Below the pieces are notes generated by a model. It did no database searches. It was not told where the DNA came from and saw nothing but the letters and a program-made list of their open reading frames with translations. Of a stretch of DNA of 64,000 nucleotides, positions 10,582 through 20,292 are shown piece after piece. The stretch comes from an uncultured Candidatus Rokubacteria bacterium. Lineage in GTDB: Bacteria > Methylomirabilota > Methylomirabilia > Rokubacteriales > DASRDR01. The DNA lies in NCBI GenBank assembly GCA_963708025.1, contig CAVPSB010000018.1, positions 256,001 to 320,000 of the forward strand, in the 5' to 3' direction. Every line of letters starts with the position of its first letter. The first letter of the stretch is position 1. The position numbers and the translations under genes were made by a program.

Positions 10582-11106
10582 ATGAAGTTCCTCTGCATCG
10601 CGTGCGACGAAGCGATGAGGCTCACGTCCACCGCCGGCCCCGACGAGGGGTCGCTGACCGTGACGTTCGCCTGTCCCGCGTGTCACCACCGGGTCGCCAT
10701 GCTGACCAACCCCTGGGAGACCCAGCTCGTCCGGACGCTCGGGGTGAAGGTGGGCGGCCGGGCCACCGAGGCGGCGCCGTTCGAGCAGGTCCGCTCGAGC
10801 CTGGTCCGCCAGCGGGACGCCGCCTTCGTGGAGGAGGCGGTGGGACCCGGGCCGCTGGCGGGCGTCGACGCCGAGGGACCGGGCTGCCCGTTCGCGGCGA
10901 TGATCCCGGGCGCCGGCACGGCCGGTGGCGAGGCCGCGCCGGCGGGCCCCGAGTGGACGCCGGAGGCGGCCGCCCGGATCGAGCGCATCCCCACGTTCAT
11001 CCGGCCGATGGCCCGGCAGGCGATCGAGCGCTTCGCGCGGGATCGCGGCTACCCCACGATCACCGACGCGGTGATGGATGAGGCCCGCACCTCCATGGGC
11101 ATGTAG
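10582..11106 (+). CDS. Zn-ribbon plus PCP_red-like domain protein
   Basis: AGGAG RBS, CxxC...CxxC, C-terminal WTPEAAARIERIPTFIRPMARQAIE. Confidence 0.7.
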   Translation: MKFLCIACDEAMRLTSTAGPDEGSLTVTFACPACHHRVAMLTNPWETQLVRTLGVKVGGRATEAAPFEQVRSSLVRQRDAAFVEEAVGPGPLAGVDAEGPGCPFAAMIPGAGTAGGEAAPAGPEWTPEAAARIERIPTFIRPMARQAIERFARDRGYPTITDAVMDEARTSMGM

Positions 11107-11112
11107 AGCCGC

Positions 11113-11385
11113 GGCCGATGACCCGTCGCAACTTCCAACCCGGTCGTGACGCGCTCGGTCTGTGCCGTTCGGACGGCCTTCGGCCTTTGGGCGTCCGTCC
11201 CGACCTCGGGGCGTCCTCCATCCCGGCCGCGGCGCGCTCGGCCTGCGGCCTCGCGTCCGCCGCGGCCTCTGGGGCCCGCGCCCGATATCCTCGAGCTACC
11301 AGGGCGTACGTCTCCGGTAGGCGCGGGCCTGCTTCGATCGGACGGCCTTCGGCCTGTGGGGGCCGCTCGCTCCTCGGCCTCGGCT
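11113..11385 (+). repeat. Intergenic repeat family 1 (divergent), with two 22-nt hairpin modules
   Basis: Starts GGCCGATGACCCGTCGCAAC like the copies at 13852, 20027 and 49416. Modules at 11169-11190 and 11338-11359. Confidence 0.75.
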
Positions 11386-11579
11386 CAGTGCTTCAGGCGG
11401 CCGTGGCGGGCGTATTGCTTGTGGCAACGCTGGCAGCGTAGCCAGCCGTGCTCGACCCGCCGCACGATCCAGCCGCAATGGGGGCAGAGCTGGAGCCATC
11501 TTCCCCAGGCGAGCCAGAGTCCCGCTGCGACGGCACCAGCCAGGAGCAACGCGGCGACCGCCACGATGCCGCCGGTCAT
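11385..11579 (-). CDS. Small membrane protein with Zn-ribbon
   Basis: Hydrophobic N-terminus, CPHC...CQRC. Confidence 0.6.
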   Translation of the reverse strand: MTGGIVAVAALLLAGAVAAGLWLAWGRWLQLCPHCGWIVRRVEHGWLRCQRCHKQYARHGRLKH

Positions 11580-11582
11580 GAC

Positions 11583-12422
11583 CTAGGGCTCGTCGTCTCC
11601 CTGCAAGGCGGCGTCCACCAGGCGAAAGGGAGCCTGAGCCCAGGTGGGCGGCCGGTCGGCCAGGAGCAACGCGCGGAAGGCGGTCAGGGCCGGTCCGGGC
11701 TCGATCTCGGGATTCCCATCGAGGGCTGCCAGGAGCTGCTCCGGCTCCTCGTAGGCCCAGCGGCTGACCCGGGCCACCGTCCCGAAGAAGCGGCGCACCT
11801 TCCGCTCCGCCGCCCGCTCGATCAGCGGCCGTGACAGCGCGGCCAGCACGTCGGCCAGGCCACCGAGGATCGGCGTGTCGATCCGGACGTGACCGGTCAG
11901 GGTCTGCTCGACGACCGTGCCGCCGGTCTCGGTCACCTCGTGGTGATACTCGAGCAGGATGAGGAGCTGGCCCTCGATCGTGGGGACGTGCCGCCGGTCG
12001 TACCGCCCCGCCAGGTGATAGAGACGGCGGTGGTCGTCGGCGTACAGGACGTGGATCGTCCCCGTCGCTCCCCGGTTGTCGTCGCCACGATAGCCGTCCT
12101 CGAAGGGCGTGACCCGGTACTCGCCCACCCGCAGGGCCCGCGCCACGCTGGCGGCGAAATCGGGGTGGTCGAGCAGGAAGACGTACACGGCCTCCCGACT
12201 CGGGAACCGGATGCCGCTGACCCGCTGGGCGAAGGCGCTCCGGGCCAGGACGGCTTCGGCCCGGGCCCGGGCGGGGCCGGGCAGCTCGCTGGTCGGGATC
12301 GGGAGCGGCAACGCATCGAGGGTGACGACCGGCAGCGGAAGCTCCTCGGGCTCGGTGACCCCGGGCCGCGGCATCGCGGTGAGGACGATCAGCAGGCCGA
12401 GCGCGACCAGGCGCCGCCGCAT
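11583..12422 (-). CDS. Exported hypothetical protein
   Basis: Signal peptide, 279-aa ORF. Confidence 0.65.
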   Translation of the reverse strand: MRRRLVALGLLIVLTAMPRPGVTEPEELPLPVVTLDALPLPIPTSELPGPARARAEAVLARSAFAQRVSGIRFPSREAVYVFLLDHPDFAASVARALRVGEYRVTPFEDGYRGDDNRGATGTIHVLYADDHRRLYHLAGRYDRRHVPTIEGQLLILLEYHHEVTETGGTVVEQTLTGHVRIDTPILGGLADVLAALSRPLIERAAERKVRRFFGTVARVSRWAYEEPEQLLAALDGNPEIEPGPALTAFRALLLADRPPTWAQAPFRLVDAALQGDDEP

Positions 12423-12568
12423 GGGGTCACCTTAGCACACGCCTTCCCACACGCGCTTTGCCAATCTTGACGCCTCGTTCTCGACTTTGTTAAAGTGGGC
12501 CACCTCGCGAGAGCCGGTCGGGCGAGGCCGCCGTCGCGGCCACTCGTGATGCAGGGAGGGCGTCGTCG

Positions 12569-12841
12569 ATGACGAAAGCCGAGCTGGTCACCAAGATGGC
12601 GGCCGCGTCCGGGGTGACCAAGGTCGCCGCCGAGAAGGCCCTCCAGGGCTGCCTCGCGAGCATCCGTGGGAGCCTCAAGAGAGGAGAGGCCGTGACGCTC
12701 GTCGGCTTCGGCACCTTCAAGGTGGGCCGGCGCAAGCCACGCAAGGGCCGCAATCCGAGGACCGGCCAGCTCATCACCATCGCCGCGGCGAAGGTCCCGC
12801 GGTTCCGCCCTTCCCGGGCCCTCAAGAACGCCCTCCGTTGA
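12569..12841 (+). CDS. hup: HU family DNA-binding protein
   Basis: MTKAELV...GFGTF...GRNPRTG; GGAGG RBS. Confidence 0.92.
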   Translation: MTKAELVTKMAAASGVTKVAAEKALQGCLASIRGSLKRGEAVTLVGFGTFKVGRRKPRKGRNPRTGQLITIAAAKVPRFRPSRALKNALR

Positions 12842-13806
12842 ATCCCGTGAGTGACCGGACCCCCGAGACGCCTGTGAGCACCGGACTCCGCCCATCGGGC
12901 CTTCGCGCTGCCCTCCTCGCCGCGCTCCTCCTCTGCGTGCCGGCGGTCTCCGGAGCCCAGTCGGCCTCGCCGGGCCTGACGGCCAGCGCCGGCGTGCTCC
13001 TCGATCTCGCCACCGGCCAGGTGCTCTACGCGAAGAACGCCGAAGAGGACCGAGCGCCGGCCAGCCTGGTCAAGATGATGACCCTGTTCCTCGCCTACGA
13101 AGACCTCCGGTCCGGCAAGGTGACCCTCGCCGACCCGGCCGTCATCAGCCAGAATGCCGAGCACACGCCACGCTACCGGATGGGCCTGGTCGCGGGGCAG
13201 GTCGTGCCGTTCGAGATCCTGCTGGCCGGCGTCGCCATCGCCTCGGCGAACGACGCGGCGACGGCGGTCGCCGAGCACCTGAGCGGAAGCGAAGAGGCCT
13301 TCGTGGATCGCATGAACGCGGCCGCCGGCGAGATGGGCCTGGTCCATACCCACTTCGCCAACCCCCACGGCCTGCCCGACCCCCGACAGCGGACCACCGC
13401 CCACGAGATGGCCGTGCTGGCCCAGCAGCTTCTCCGCGAGTACCCGGAGAGCCGCGAGGTCCTGGGCCAGACCGCGTTCACGTGGCGGAGCCGGCTCTAC
13501 CAGCGGCGGATCCCGCTCTTCCGGGATCCCGGCGGCGTGGACGCGCTCAAGACCGGGTTCACGCTGGAGGCGGGCTACAACCTGACCGTGGCGGCGGGGA
13601 AGGCCGGTCACCGCCTGCTCTGCGTCATCCTCGGCGCCGAGACGCGCGGGCTGTCCTTCCTGGATGCCGGGCGCCTCCTGAAGTTCGGGTTCGGCGAGCC
13701 GGTCAAGGAGGTGAGGCGGCCGCCGCGTCGCTGGCGTCTGCGCGGCGGACCGGCGGCGGCCACCAAGCCGGTTCCCCGGGCCGTCTCGCGGCCGGCGGGG
13801 CGCTAG
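12838..13806 (+). CDS. D-alanyl-D-alanine carboxypeptidase (peptidase S11)
   Basis: PASLVK (SxxK), SAN, KTG and NPHGL motifs; signal peptide. True start may be slightly downstream. Confidence 0.9.
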   Translation: MNPVSDRTPETPVSTGLRPSGLRAALLAALLLCVPAVSGAQSASPGLTASAGVLLDLATGQVLYAKNAEEDRAPASLVKMMTLFLAYEDLRSGKVTLADPAVISQNAEHTPRYRMGLVAGQVVPFEILLAGVAIASANDAATAVAEHLSGSEEAFVDRMNAAAGEMGLVHTHFANPHGLPDPRQRTTAHEMAVLAQQLLREYPESREVLGQTAFTWRSRLYQRRIPLFRDPGGVDALKTGFTLEAGYNLTVAAGKAGHRLLCVILGAETRGLSFLDAGRLLKFGFGEPVKEVRRPPRRWRLRGGPAAATKPVPRAVSRPAGR

Positions 13807-13851
13807 CTAGGTCCTTTGAAGCGCCAGAAGTAAGGCAGACGAGTGAAGTTC

Positions 13852-14027
13852 TTGGGGGCGGGGCCGAGGAGCGAGCAGCGCTAGGACGCAGGGAGTCGCC
13901 GACCGCAGGCGTACTCTCAGTACGCCGAGGATCGGCGACGACCGAGGACGACCATGGGTCGGGACGGCCGCGAGGCCGCAGGCCGAGCGCGTCCCGGCCG
14001 AGATGAACGTTGCGACGCTCATCGGCC
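13852..14027 (-). repeat. Intergenic repeat family 1 (copy without the hairpin module)
   Basis: Highly similar to 20027-20213 and 49416-49538. Contains a GCGTACT-N3-AGTACGC hairpin and the micro-ORF MSVATFISAGTRS... Confidence 0.85.
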
Positions 14028-14034
14028 CCGCCCG

Positions 14035-14397
14035 CTAGTCGTCGGGTCGGGCGTATTCCGGCTCGACCGACGACCTCACGACCCGTCCTTCCCCGTCGAG
14101 GTAGACCAGGATCCGGTCGTAGCGATCGAGCCGGTCGTTGCCGTCCCCGCCGTAGTAGCGGGACGGGTTGACCTCGACCGCGACCCGGCGCCGGTATACG
14201 AGCACCTCGCCCACGTCGGAGGCCCGCACCTCGACGGGGGAGCCGAACCGGGCGATGACCTCGTCGCGGGTGGTCGCGGTGCCGGGCGGGTCCTGAACGG
14301 TGAGGAGCGGAGGCTCGCGGAGGGGGACGAAAGCCTGGCAGGCGGTGAGCACCGCCGGCAGGGCGAGCCGGCCAACCAGTCGGGCGAATGCTCTCAT
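14035..14397 (-). CDS. Putative lipoprotein
   Basis: LTAC lipobox and TRDEVIARFGSP motif; ATGA overlap with the upstream ORF. Confidence 0.6.
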   Translation of the reverse strand: MRAFARLVGRLALPAVLTACQAFVPLREPPLLTVQDPPGTATTRDEVIARFGSPVEVRASDVGEVLVYRRRVAVEVNPSRYYGGDGNDRLDRYDRILVYLDGEGRVVRSSVEPEYARPDD

Positions 14398-14639
14398 GCG
14401 CCTACCCTGCGCCGTGACGGTCGAACCCATCGCATCGCGATGTGCACGGCATAGCCCTCGGCGTCTTCAGCGGTCTGAAAGGTGCGGTCGTCGGGGTCAC
14501 CGAGCGGCCGCTCGCGGCCGCCGCCAGGGAGCGGGACCCGGACGACGGCGTGCGCCGCCCACTCGCCGTCCTCGGACTCGGCCACGGGGACGGCGTGGGC
14601 GTTGATCTGATGCCCCTTGTACGTGACGTTCCGGGCCAC
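14394..14639 (-). CDS. Small hypothetical protein
   Basis: GTG start after TACAAT; MARNVTYKGHQI... Confidence 0.55.
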   Translation of the reverse strand: MARNVTYKGHQINAHAVPVAESEDGEWAAHAVVRVPLPGGGRERPLGDPDDRTFQTAEDAEGYAVHIAMRWVRPSRRRVGA

Positions 14640-14701
14640 GGCGGGGCCATTGTACGGGTTCGAGCCGGCCGAGGCAAGGCAACGGCGCGACGGAGGAGTC
14701 G

Positions 14702-15364
14702 ATGCACGTCCGGGCGCTCCTGTTCGACGCATACGGCACCCTCTTCGACGTCCACTCGGTGGTCGCCGCGGGCCGCGCGATCACCGCGGATCCCCGGGCC
14801 CTGTCCGAGCTGTGGCGGGCCAAGCAGCTCGAGTACACCTGGCTCCGCACGCTCATGGGCCGCTACGAGGACTTCTGGGCGGTCACCGAGGCGGCGCTGA
14901 CCTTCGCCTGCCGCCGCCTGGGTCTCGCGGCCGGGCCTGCCGAGCGCGCCCGGCTCATGGAGGCGTACCTCGCCCTCGACCCGTTTCCCGAGGTCCGGGT
15001 CGTGCTCGAGCGGCTCCGGGACCTGCCGTGCGGCATCCTCTCGAACGGCGCGCCGCGGATGCTGGAGGCGGCGGTGTCGCACGCCGGTCTCGGCCCTCAC
15101 CTGCGGGCGGTGATCAGCGTCGATGCCGTCCGGCTCTTCAAGCCGACTCCCCAGGTCTACGCGCTCGGCCCGGACCGGCTCGGCGTGCCGAAGGAGGCGA
15201 TTGGCTTCGTCTCCTCGAACTGCTGGGACGTGGTGGGGGCCAAGGCCTACGGCTTCCAGGTCGTGTGGGTCAACCGAGGACGGGCCCCGCTCGAGGAGCT
15301 GGGCGTCCACCCCGACCTGGAGGTGGACGACCTCGAGGGCCTGGCGCGCGCCCTCGGCCGCTGA
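14702..15364 (+). CDS. Haloacid dehalogenase type II
   Basis: FDAYGTLFDV, WRAKQLEYTW, LSNG, FKP, VSSNCWDVVGA; GGAGG RBS. Confidence 0.92.
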   Translation: MHVRALLFDAYGTLFDVHSVVAAGRAITADPRALSELWRAKQLEYTWLRTLMGRYEDFWAVTEAALTFACRRLGLAAGPAERARLMEAYLALDPFPEVRVVLERLRDLPCGILSNGAPRMLEAAVSHAGLGPHLRAVISVDAVRLFKPTPQVYALGPDRLGVPKEAIGFVSSNCWDVVGAKAYGFQVVWVNRGRAPLEELGVHPDLEVDDLEGLARALGR

Positions 15365-15378
15365 CGAACCGTGCTACG

Positions 15379-15527
15379 GTGAGGGCCCTGAAGGAATCCA
15401 GTCCTTCCGGCCCCCCTCCCCCCGGTGCCCGCCGGAGGGACGGGACGTCGCGAGGGCTGTAGGCCCGAGCCGTCCTGGCGATCCGGTCAATTGGGAGGGG
15501 GGTTGGGGGGTGGGCGGGAGGTCCCGA
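15379..15527 (+). repeat. Intergenic repeat family 2 (C-rich and G-rich arms)
   Basis: CCCCCCTCCCCCC...GGGAGGGGGGTTGGGGGGTGGGCGGGAGGTCCC, shared with 16199, 31187 and 51545. Confidence 0.85.
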
Positions 15528-16184
15528 ACGGAGCTGACGATCAAGACCGCCGACGAGCTGGTGGACCCCGCGCTCGAGGCCCGGCTGGTGGCGCGGCGGG
15601 CCAGGCGTCAGGATCCTGCCCTGCAAGCGATCCTGCGCCTGTTCCTCGATCGCGGCGGCCCGGTTGGCGCCGATGCGATCGCGGCGGCGGTACCCGGTCG
15701 CCCTCGCGACGCCGTGCTCGCCACGCTGGCCGAGCTGGACGCCGAGGACCTGATCCTGCTGGGCGACGGTGGGGTCGAGCTGGCCTACCCGCTCGCCACC
15801 GGTCCCAACCCCTTCGCGGTGGCCTTCGCCGACGGGCGGCTGCGCTACGCCTGCTGCGCGATCGACGCCCTCGGCATCCCCGCGATGGTCCGGCAGCCGG
15901 TGGCGATCCGCTCCCGGTGCCACCACTGCGAGGCGCCGCTCCACTTCCCGGTCGACCCGACCGGCCCCGGTCGCGCCGCCGACGGCGTCATGGTCTGGGT
16001 CGGCGCGTGGGGAGCGCGCACGCAGAAGGTGTGCACCTCCCTCTGAACGGTCCTGAACTTCTTCCGGTCGGAAGAGCACCTGCGAGCCTGGCGGCGCGAG
16101 AATCCGGACGTGCCCGGAGCCGCCGCGACGGTCGCCGAGGCGTTCCGGCTGGGCCAACGTATCTTCGGCGACCTCCTCACCTGA
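15510..16184 (+). CDS. merB: MerB-like organomercurial lyase, probable selenoprotein (TGA 16044-16046 = Sec)
   Basis: [10 protein letters not shown] matches MerB Cys96/Asp99. The frame continues past TGA as [15 protein letters not shown]...IFGDLLT. Start is uncertain (GTG 15510 or ACG 15528). Confidence 0.8.
16047..16080 (+). promoter_or_regulatory. Putative bacterial SECIS element
   Basis: Stem TCTTCC/GGAAGA with apical loop GGTC starting 19 nt after the TGA. Confidence 0.7.
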
Positions 16185-16198
16185 GCGTGTGCTAACCA

Positions 16199-16293
16199 AG
16201 AATCCGGTCGTCCGGCCCCCCTCCCCCCGCCAGAGGCCGAAGGCCGTCGCGATGGTGGGGGAGGGGGGTTGGGGGGTGGGCGGGAGGTCCCGA
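16199..16293 (+). repeat. Intergenic repeat family 2 (short), with hairpin module
   Basis: Same arms as 15379-15527; inverted module at 16230-16252. Confidence 0.85.
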
Positions 16294-16297
16294 TAAA

Positions 16298-16920
16298 TCA
16301 GGACCTGGCGGCGCGCCGGACGGCGGCGTCGCGCAGCCCGCCGAGCGCCGAGATGGTGCCCCGCCGCTCGAAGTAACCGGCCATCGGCTGCCAGCCGGTG
16401 GGGATCGAGCCCATGGCGTAGACGACGAGAGTGCCGCCGTCCTCGGGGACGAGCTGCCAGAAGCCCCAGTTGTCCTCCCAGAGGTCGTTCTCCCGTGTCG
16501 TGTCGAGCCGCCAGGCGAGGATGTGGTCGAACCGGCTGGAGACGATAGCGCATGTGGTAGCGGAAGCTGAAGGGCCCGAACTTGCCCTCGTTCCGGATGA
16601 CCCACGCCTCCGCGCTCTCCTCCAGCACCTCCACGGTCCGGAGCCCGGGGAAGATCTTGGGGTAGCGCGTCGGCTCGGTCAGGATCGCCCACACGGGCTC
16701 GGGGCCCGTCGGCACCCGGATGAACGACACCGCGCCCCGCGCGCCGGATACCGGGACGCCGTCGCGCGGTGGCGGGCCGTCGCGATAGACCACCTCGCCC
16801 CGGGTGAGTCGCTGCCGCTCGTCGGCCGAGAGCGCGGGTGGCGGGGCGCCGGTCGCCGGTCCGAGCAGGAGCTGCGACGGCCAGCGCCGCGATCACGACG
16901 GCGCTCGCATGGGCTCGCAA
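16298..16920 (-). CDS. SRPBCC/START family exported protein (frameshifted)
   Basis: Signal peptide, VWAILTEPTRYPKIFPG, WRLDTTRENDL...GTLVVY, spread over three frames. Confidence 0.65.
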
Positions 16921-16948
16921 CCCTCGGACTTCTCGCCACGCGGTCGTG

Positions 16949-17025
16949 GCGTTCCACTTCGAGCCGCGGCTTGCCGCGGCCTCCGCGGGGGGGTCTCGGG
17001 GGGGTCTTCCGAGACCCCCCGAAGA
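16949..17025 (-). repeat. Intergenic repeat family 3
   Basis: Matches 53760-53855; GGGGGGTCTCGG...CCGAGACCCCCC palindrome. Confidence 0.8.
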
Positions 17026-17027
17026 TT

Positions 17028-18626
17028 TCAGGCCTCACCGGGGCGCAAGGGTCGGAGCTCGCCCTCCACCGGCGCCAGCCCCCGGGTGCCCGCCGGACGG
17101 CGGGCGCGCCCGAGCGCGGTCACGAAGATCGCGTCCTTGCCCTGCGCATCGGGCGAGAAGAAGCGGACGACGTCGGCGTCGTAGAAGGTCAGTCCCGACG
17201 CGCCGAGGCCGAGGGCGTACGCGGCCAGGTACATCCGGCCCCCGAGAAGTCCGGCCACGAGGTTCACCGCGCGGTAGCCGCGGTCGCCGTAGCGGGCGAG
17301 CGCGGTGTCGAGGTCCGCGAGGAAGAAGACGACCGCGCTCGCGTCGGCCCCGATGGACTGCTCGAGGCAGAGATAGCCGCCCTCGCTCCGGAACTCGCCG
17401 GCCCGGAGCTGCCGCAGGCCCCGGCCGGCGGCGTCGTAGACGTAGGCTCCGGACGGCAGCCCGTCCACGGCGTGGACGAGGAGGTAGCACTCGACGAGGC
17501 GGCCGTCGGGGTCGGTGACGTCGAGCGGCAGCGGGCGGACGGCGGCGTCGAGGATCGTCGAGAGCTGGGAGAAGGCCACGGGCTCGCGGGCGAACTGCCG
17601 GGTCGACCCCCGCCGCAGGATGACCTGCCCCAGCGGGACCGCCGGTGGATCCGGGAGCGGCGCCAGGGGGTGTGAGACGGGCTCGCCGGGCGCATCCGGC
17701 GCCTTCCGCTCGGCCCCGGCCGCGACCCAGGCCGCCGCGGCGGCGGCGCTCGGCAAGGAGGAGGCGGCGTAGGCCTGCGACACCAGCGGGTAGTCCATCT
17801 CGCGGGAGGACAGCGGGACGGTCGTCAGGGCCAGCGGCTCGAGTGGCGGCGCCGGGGGGGGCGGCGGCGCGTCCCGGCCGAGCGTGACGAGGGCGAGCGC
17901 GGCCTCGTGATCCGCGTCGAGGCCGAGCAGTCGGTTCACGGGGGCGTCGGCGAAGCCGAGCTGGATCCGGGCGGGAACGTCCGCGGCTTCCGCAGTCGCG
18001 AGCAGGTTGGCGAGCAGCGTCCCCGAGTCCCAGAAGAAGTGGCGAAAGGCGCGGGCCTGGTACTTCCACGTGTTCCGCCAGTAGATGGCGGAGAGCACCA
18101 GGGTCGCCGGCGCGCCGGCGATCGCCTCCGGCGCGCCGGCGGCGCCGGCGAGCGCGGCGCGCCAGTCACCGGCCCGGAGCCGGCGCAGCGTGAAGTCCCC
18201 GGGACAGAAATGGTACACGCCCGGATCGAGGCCGGCCACGGCGCCGGCGACGACGTACATCTCCACCTCGTAGAGCGCGCCGGTGGAGGCCGCGGCCCGG
18301 AAGTGAATCGTCTCGCCGCCCGGATAGACCTTCTTCTTCGTCAGCCCCGCCGAGAAGAACAGGATCTGGGCCAGGGCTTCGAGGGAGAGCGGCCCTCCGC
18401 CGCCGGCCGCCACCCGCCCGAGCGCCTCCAGCGCCGCCAGCGCGGGCCCCGGCAGCTCGCGGGGGAGCGCCGTCGCCGGGGCGTCCGGGTAGAGCTTGAA
18501 CGGGAAGGGCTTGATCGCCCAGTCGAGGAAGTGGCCCCCGCTCCGGACGCTCTCGGGCGAGTGCCGGGTCGCCGCGTGGTACGCGCGGGCGCCGATCGTC
18601 CCCGCGCTCGCCGGGTCCCGGCGCAT
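17028..18626 (-). CDS. SagB/ThcOx-like double nitroreductase-domain dehydrogenase
   Basis: RAAASTGALY, WKYQARAFRH, RRGSTRQF, GLTFYD; TGATG coupling with the upstream ORF. Confidence 0.85.
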   Translation of the reverse strand: MRRDPASAGTIGARAYHAATRHSPESVRSGGHFLDWAIKPFPFKLYPDAPATALPRELPGPALAALEALGRVAAGGGGPLSLEALAQILFFSAGLTKKKVYPGGETIHFRAAASTGALYEVEMYVVAGAVAGLDPGVYHFCPGDFTLRRLRAGDWRAALAGAAGAPEAIAGAPATLVLSAIYWRNTWKYQARAFRHFFWDSGTLLANLLATAEAADVPARIQLGFADAPVNRLLGLDADHEAALALVTLGRDAPPPPPAPPLEPLALTTVPLSSREMDYPLVSQAYAASSLPSAAAAAAWVAAGAERKAPDAPGEPVSHPLAPLPDPPAVPLGQVILRRGSTRQFAREPVAFSQLSTILDAAVRPLPLDVTDPDGRLVECYLLVHAVDGLPSGAYVYDAAGRGLRQLRAGEFRSEGGYLCLEQSIGADASAVVFFLADLDTALARYGDRGYRAVNLVAGLLGGRMYLAAYALGLGASGLTFYDADVVRFFSPDAQGKDAIFVTALGRARRPAGTRGLAPVEGELRPLRPGEA

Positions 18627-18889
18627 CAGCGCCGGGGTCGCCGCTGGCGCTCGGGGGGCGGTGGCGGCTGGCGCCGGGCCGCGGCCGCCGCCGCCTGCGA
18701 CGTCTGGCGGAACGCGGTCGCGTCGTTGTCGGTCTTGCCGCCGACCTGGCTTCCGCACTGCTGGCAGACGTAGTCGTACTTGTTCCCCGTCGGCAGGACG
18801 AGGAGGAGCTTCTTGCGGACCTCGACCGCCCGGCGGCAGCGCGGGCAGAAGAGGCTGCTGGCTTCGAACTCACGATACGCGTCGCGCAT
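18626..18889 (-). CDS. Small Zn-finger cytoplasmic protein
   Basis: LFCPRC...LLLVLP...YVCQQCG; AAAGG RBS. Confidence 0.75.
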   Translation of the reverse strand: MRDAYREFEASSLFCPRCRRAVEVRKKLLLVLPTGNKYDYVCQQCGSQVGGKTDNDATAFRQTSQAAAAAARRQPPPPPERQRRPRR

Positions 18890-19104
18890 GGTCGAGCCTT
18901 TCCGTCTAGGGTAGCCGCCTACCGATTGAGGGGTGGCACAAAGCCCGTCAGGTCGCCGTTAGGTCTATACTACACGGACCAGACCGAGAACCGCTCACCG
19001 GAGGGCCCGGATGACTCCACTGCCGAACGATCGCGACACGAAGCTCGTCGCCGGCAAAAAGCCCAGCCAGATCATCGAGATCGGGAAGACCGGTTAGAAG
19101 CGCC

Positions 19105-20020
19105 ATGGCCACGCACTCGACGGAGGCCCTGCAGCAGCGGTTCGGCATCCCGGACGTCGTGCGGTTCGAGGACGGTCCGAACGGGCTCGTCCGGGTCCGC
19201 GTCACAGCGCCCGCCGCCGAAGCCGAGATCTATCTCCATGGGGGCCACGTGACCCACTACCAGCCGCGGGGCGGCCGGCCGGTCCTCTTCGTGAGCGCCC
19301 GCAGCCGGTACGACGCGAAGTCGGCCATCCGCGGCGGCGTGCCCGTCATCTTCCCCTGGTTCGGCGCCAAGGCTGACGATCCCGCGGCGCCGCAGCACGG
19401 CTTCGTCCGCGCCACGGCCTGGGACGTCGAGTCGGTCGAGCGGGTGGCCCCGGACGCGGTGACCCTCGTGCTCCGGCTGGACGCGAGCGATGCCACCCGG
19501 GCCGTGTGGCCGCACCGCTTCGTCCTGCGCCACCGCATCGGCATCGGGGCGGCGCTCGACCTCGCCCTCGAGGTCGACAACGGCTCGGCGGAGCCCATCG
19601 CCTTCGAGGAGGCGCTCCACACCTACCTGGCGGTCGGCGACGTGCGGGAGGCGTCGGTGACCGGGCTGGCCGGCACGACGTACATCGACAAGACCGACGG
19701 CATGACGCGGAAGCGCCGGGGCCCGGAGCCTCTCCGCCTGGCCGGCGAGACCGACAGCGTCTACGTGTTCAACGCGGGCCACCTGCGTGGTCGACGACCC
19801 GGTCGGACGCCGGCGCCTGGTCGTGGAGAAAGAGGGATCCGATACCACGGTCGTGTGGAATCCGTGGGCCACGAAGGCCAGGACCCTCAGCGACCTCGGC
19901 GCCGACGAGTGGCCGGGGCTGCTCTGCATCGAGACCGCGAACGCCGCCGACAACCGGGTCACCCTGGCCCCCGGCGGGCGCCACCGCATGCGCGCCACCA
20001 TCCGGACCGAGCCCCGCTGA
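19105..20020 (+). CDS. D-hexose-6-phosphate mutarotase (aldose 1-epimerase family), frameshift near 19775
   Basis: IRGGVPVIFPWFG, QHGFVR, ALHTYL, VVWNPW, LCIETAN. Confidence 0.9.
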
Positions 20021-20026
20021 GGGCGG

Positions 20027-20213
20027 GGCCGATGAGCGTCGCAACGTCCATCTCGGTCGAGACGCGCTCGGCCTACGGCCTCGCGTCCGTCCCGACCTAA
20101 AGGTCGTCCTCGGTCGTCGCCGATCCTCGGCGTACTCGCGGTCGGCGACTCCCTGCGTCCTTCGGACGGCCTTCGGCCTGTGGGCGCTGCTCGCTCCTCG
20201 GCCCCGCCCCCAG
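20027..20213 (+). repeat. Intergenic repeat family 1, with hairpin module
   Basis: Aligns with 13852-14027; module at 20162-20183. Confidence 0.85.
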
Positions 20214-20292
20214 CGTGTCTTGTCTGGTCTCGCTATGGCGTAACGTCGTGGCCGACGCAGGCGTGTACGGGCGCGATCGGAAGCTGCCCGCC

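Noticed and set aside
17028-18889. SagB-like dehydrogenase plus small Cys protein as an azole RiPP cluster
   Set aside because: No YcaO or cyclodehydratase is present, and the small protein is a CxxC zinc finger rather than a precursor peptide.
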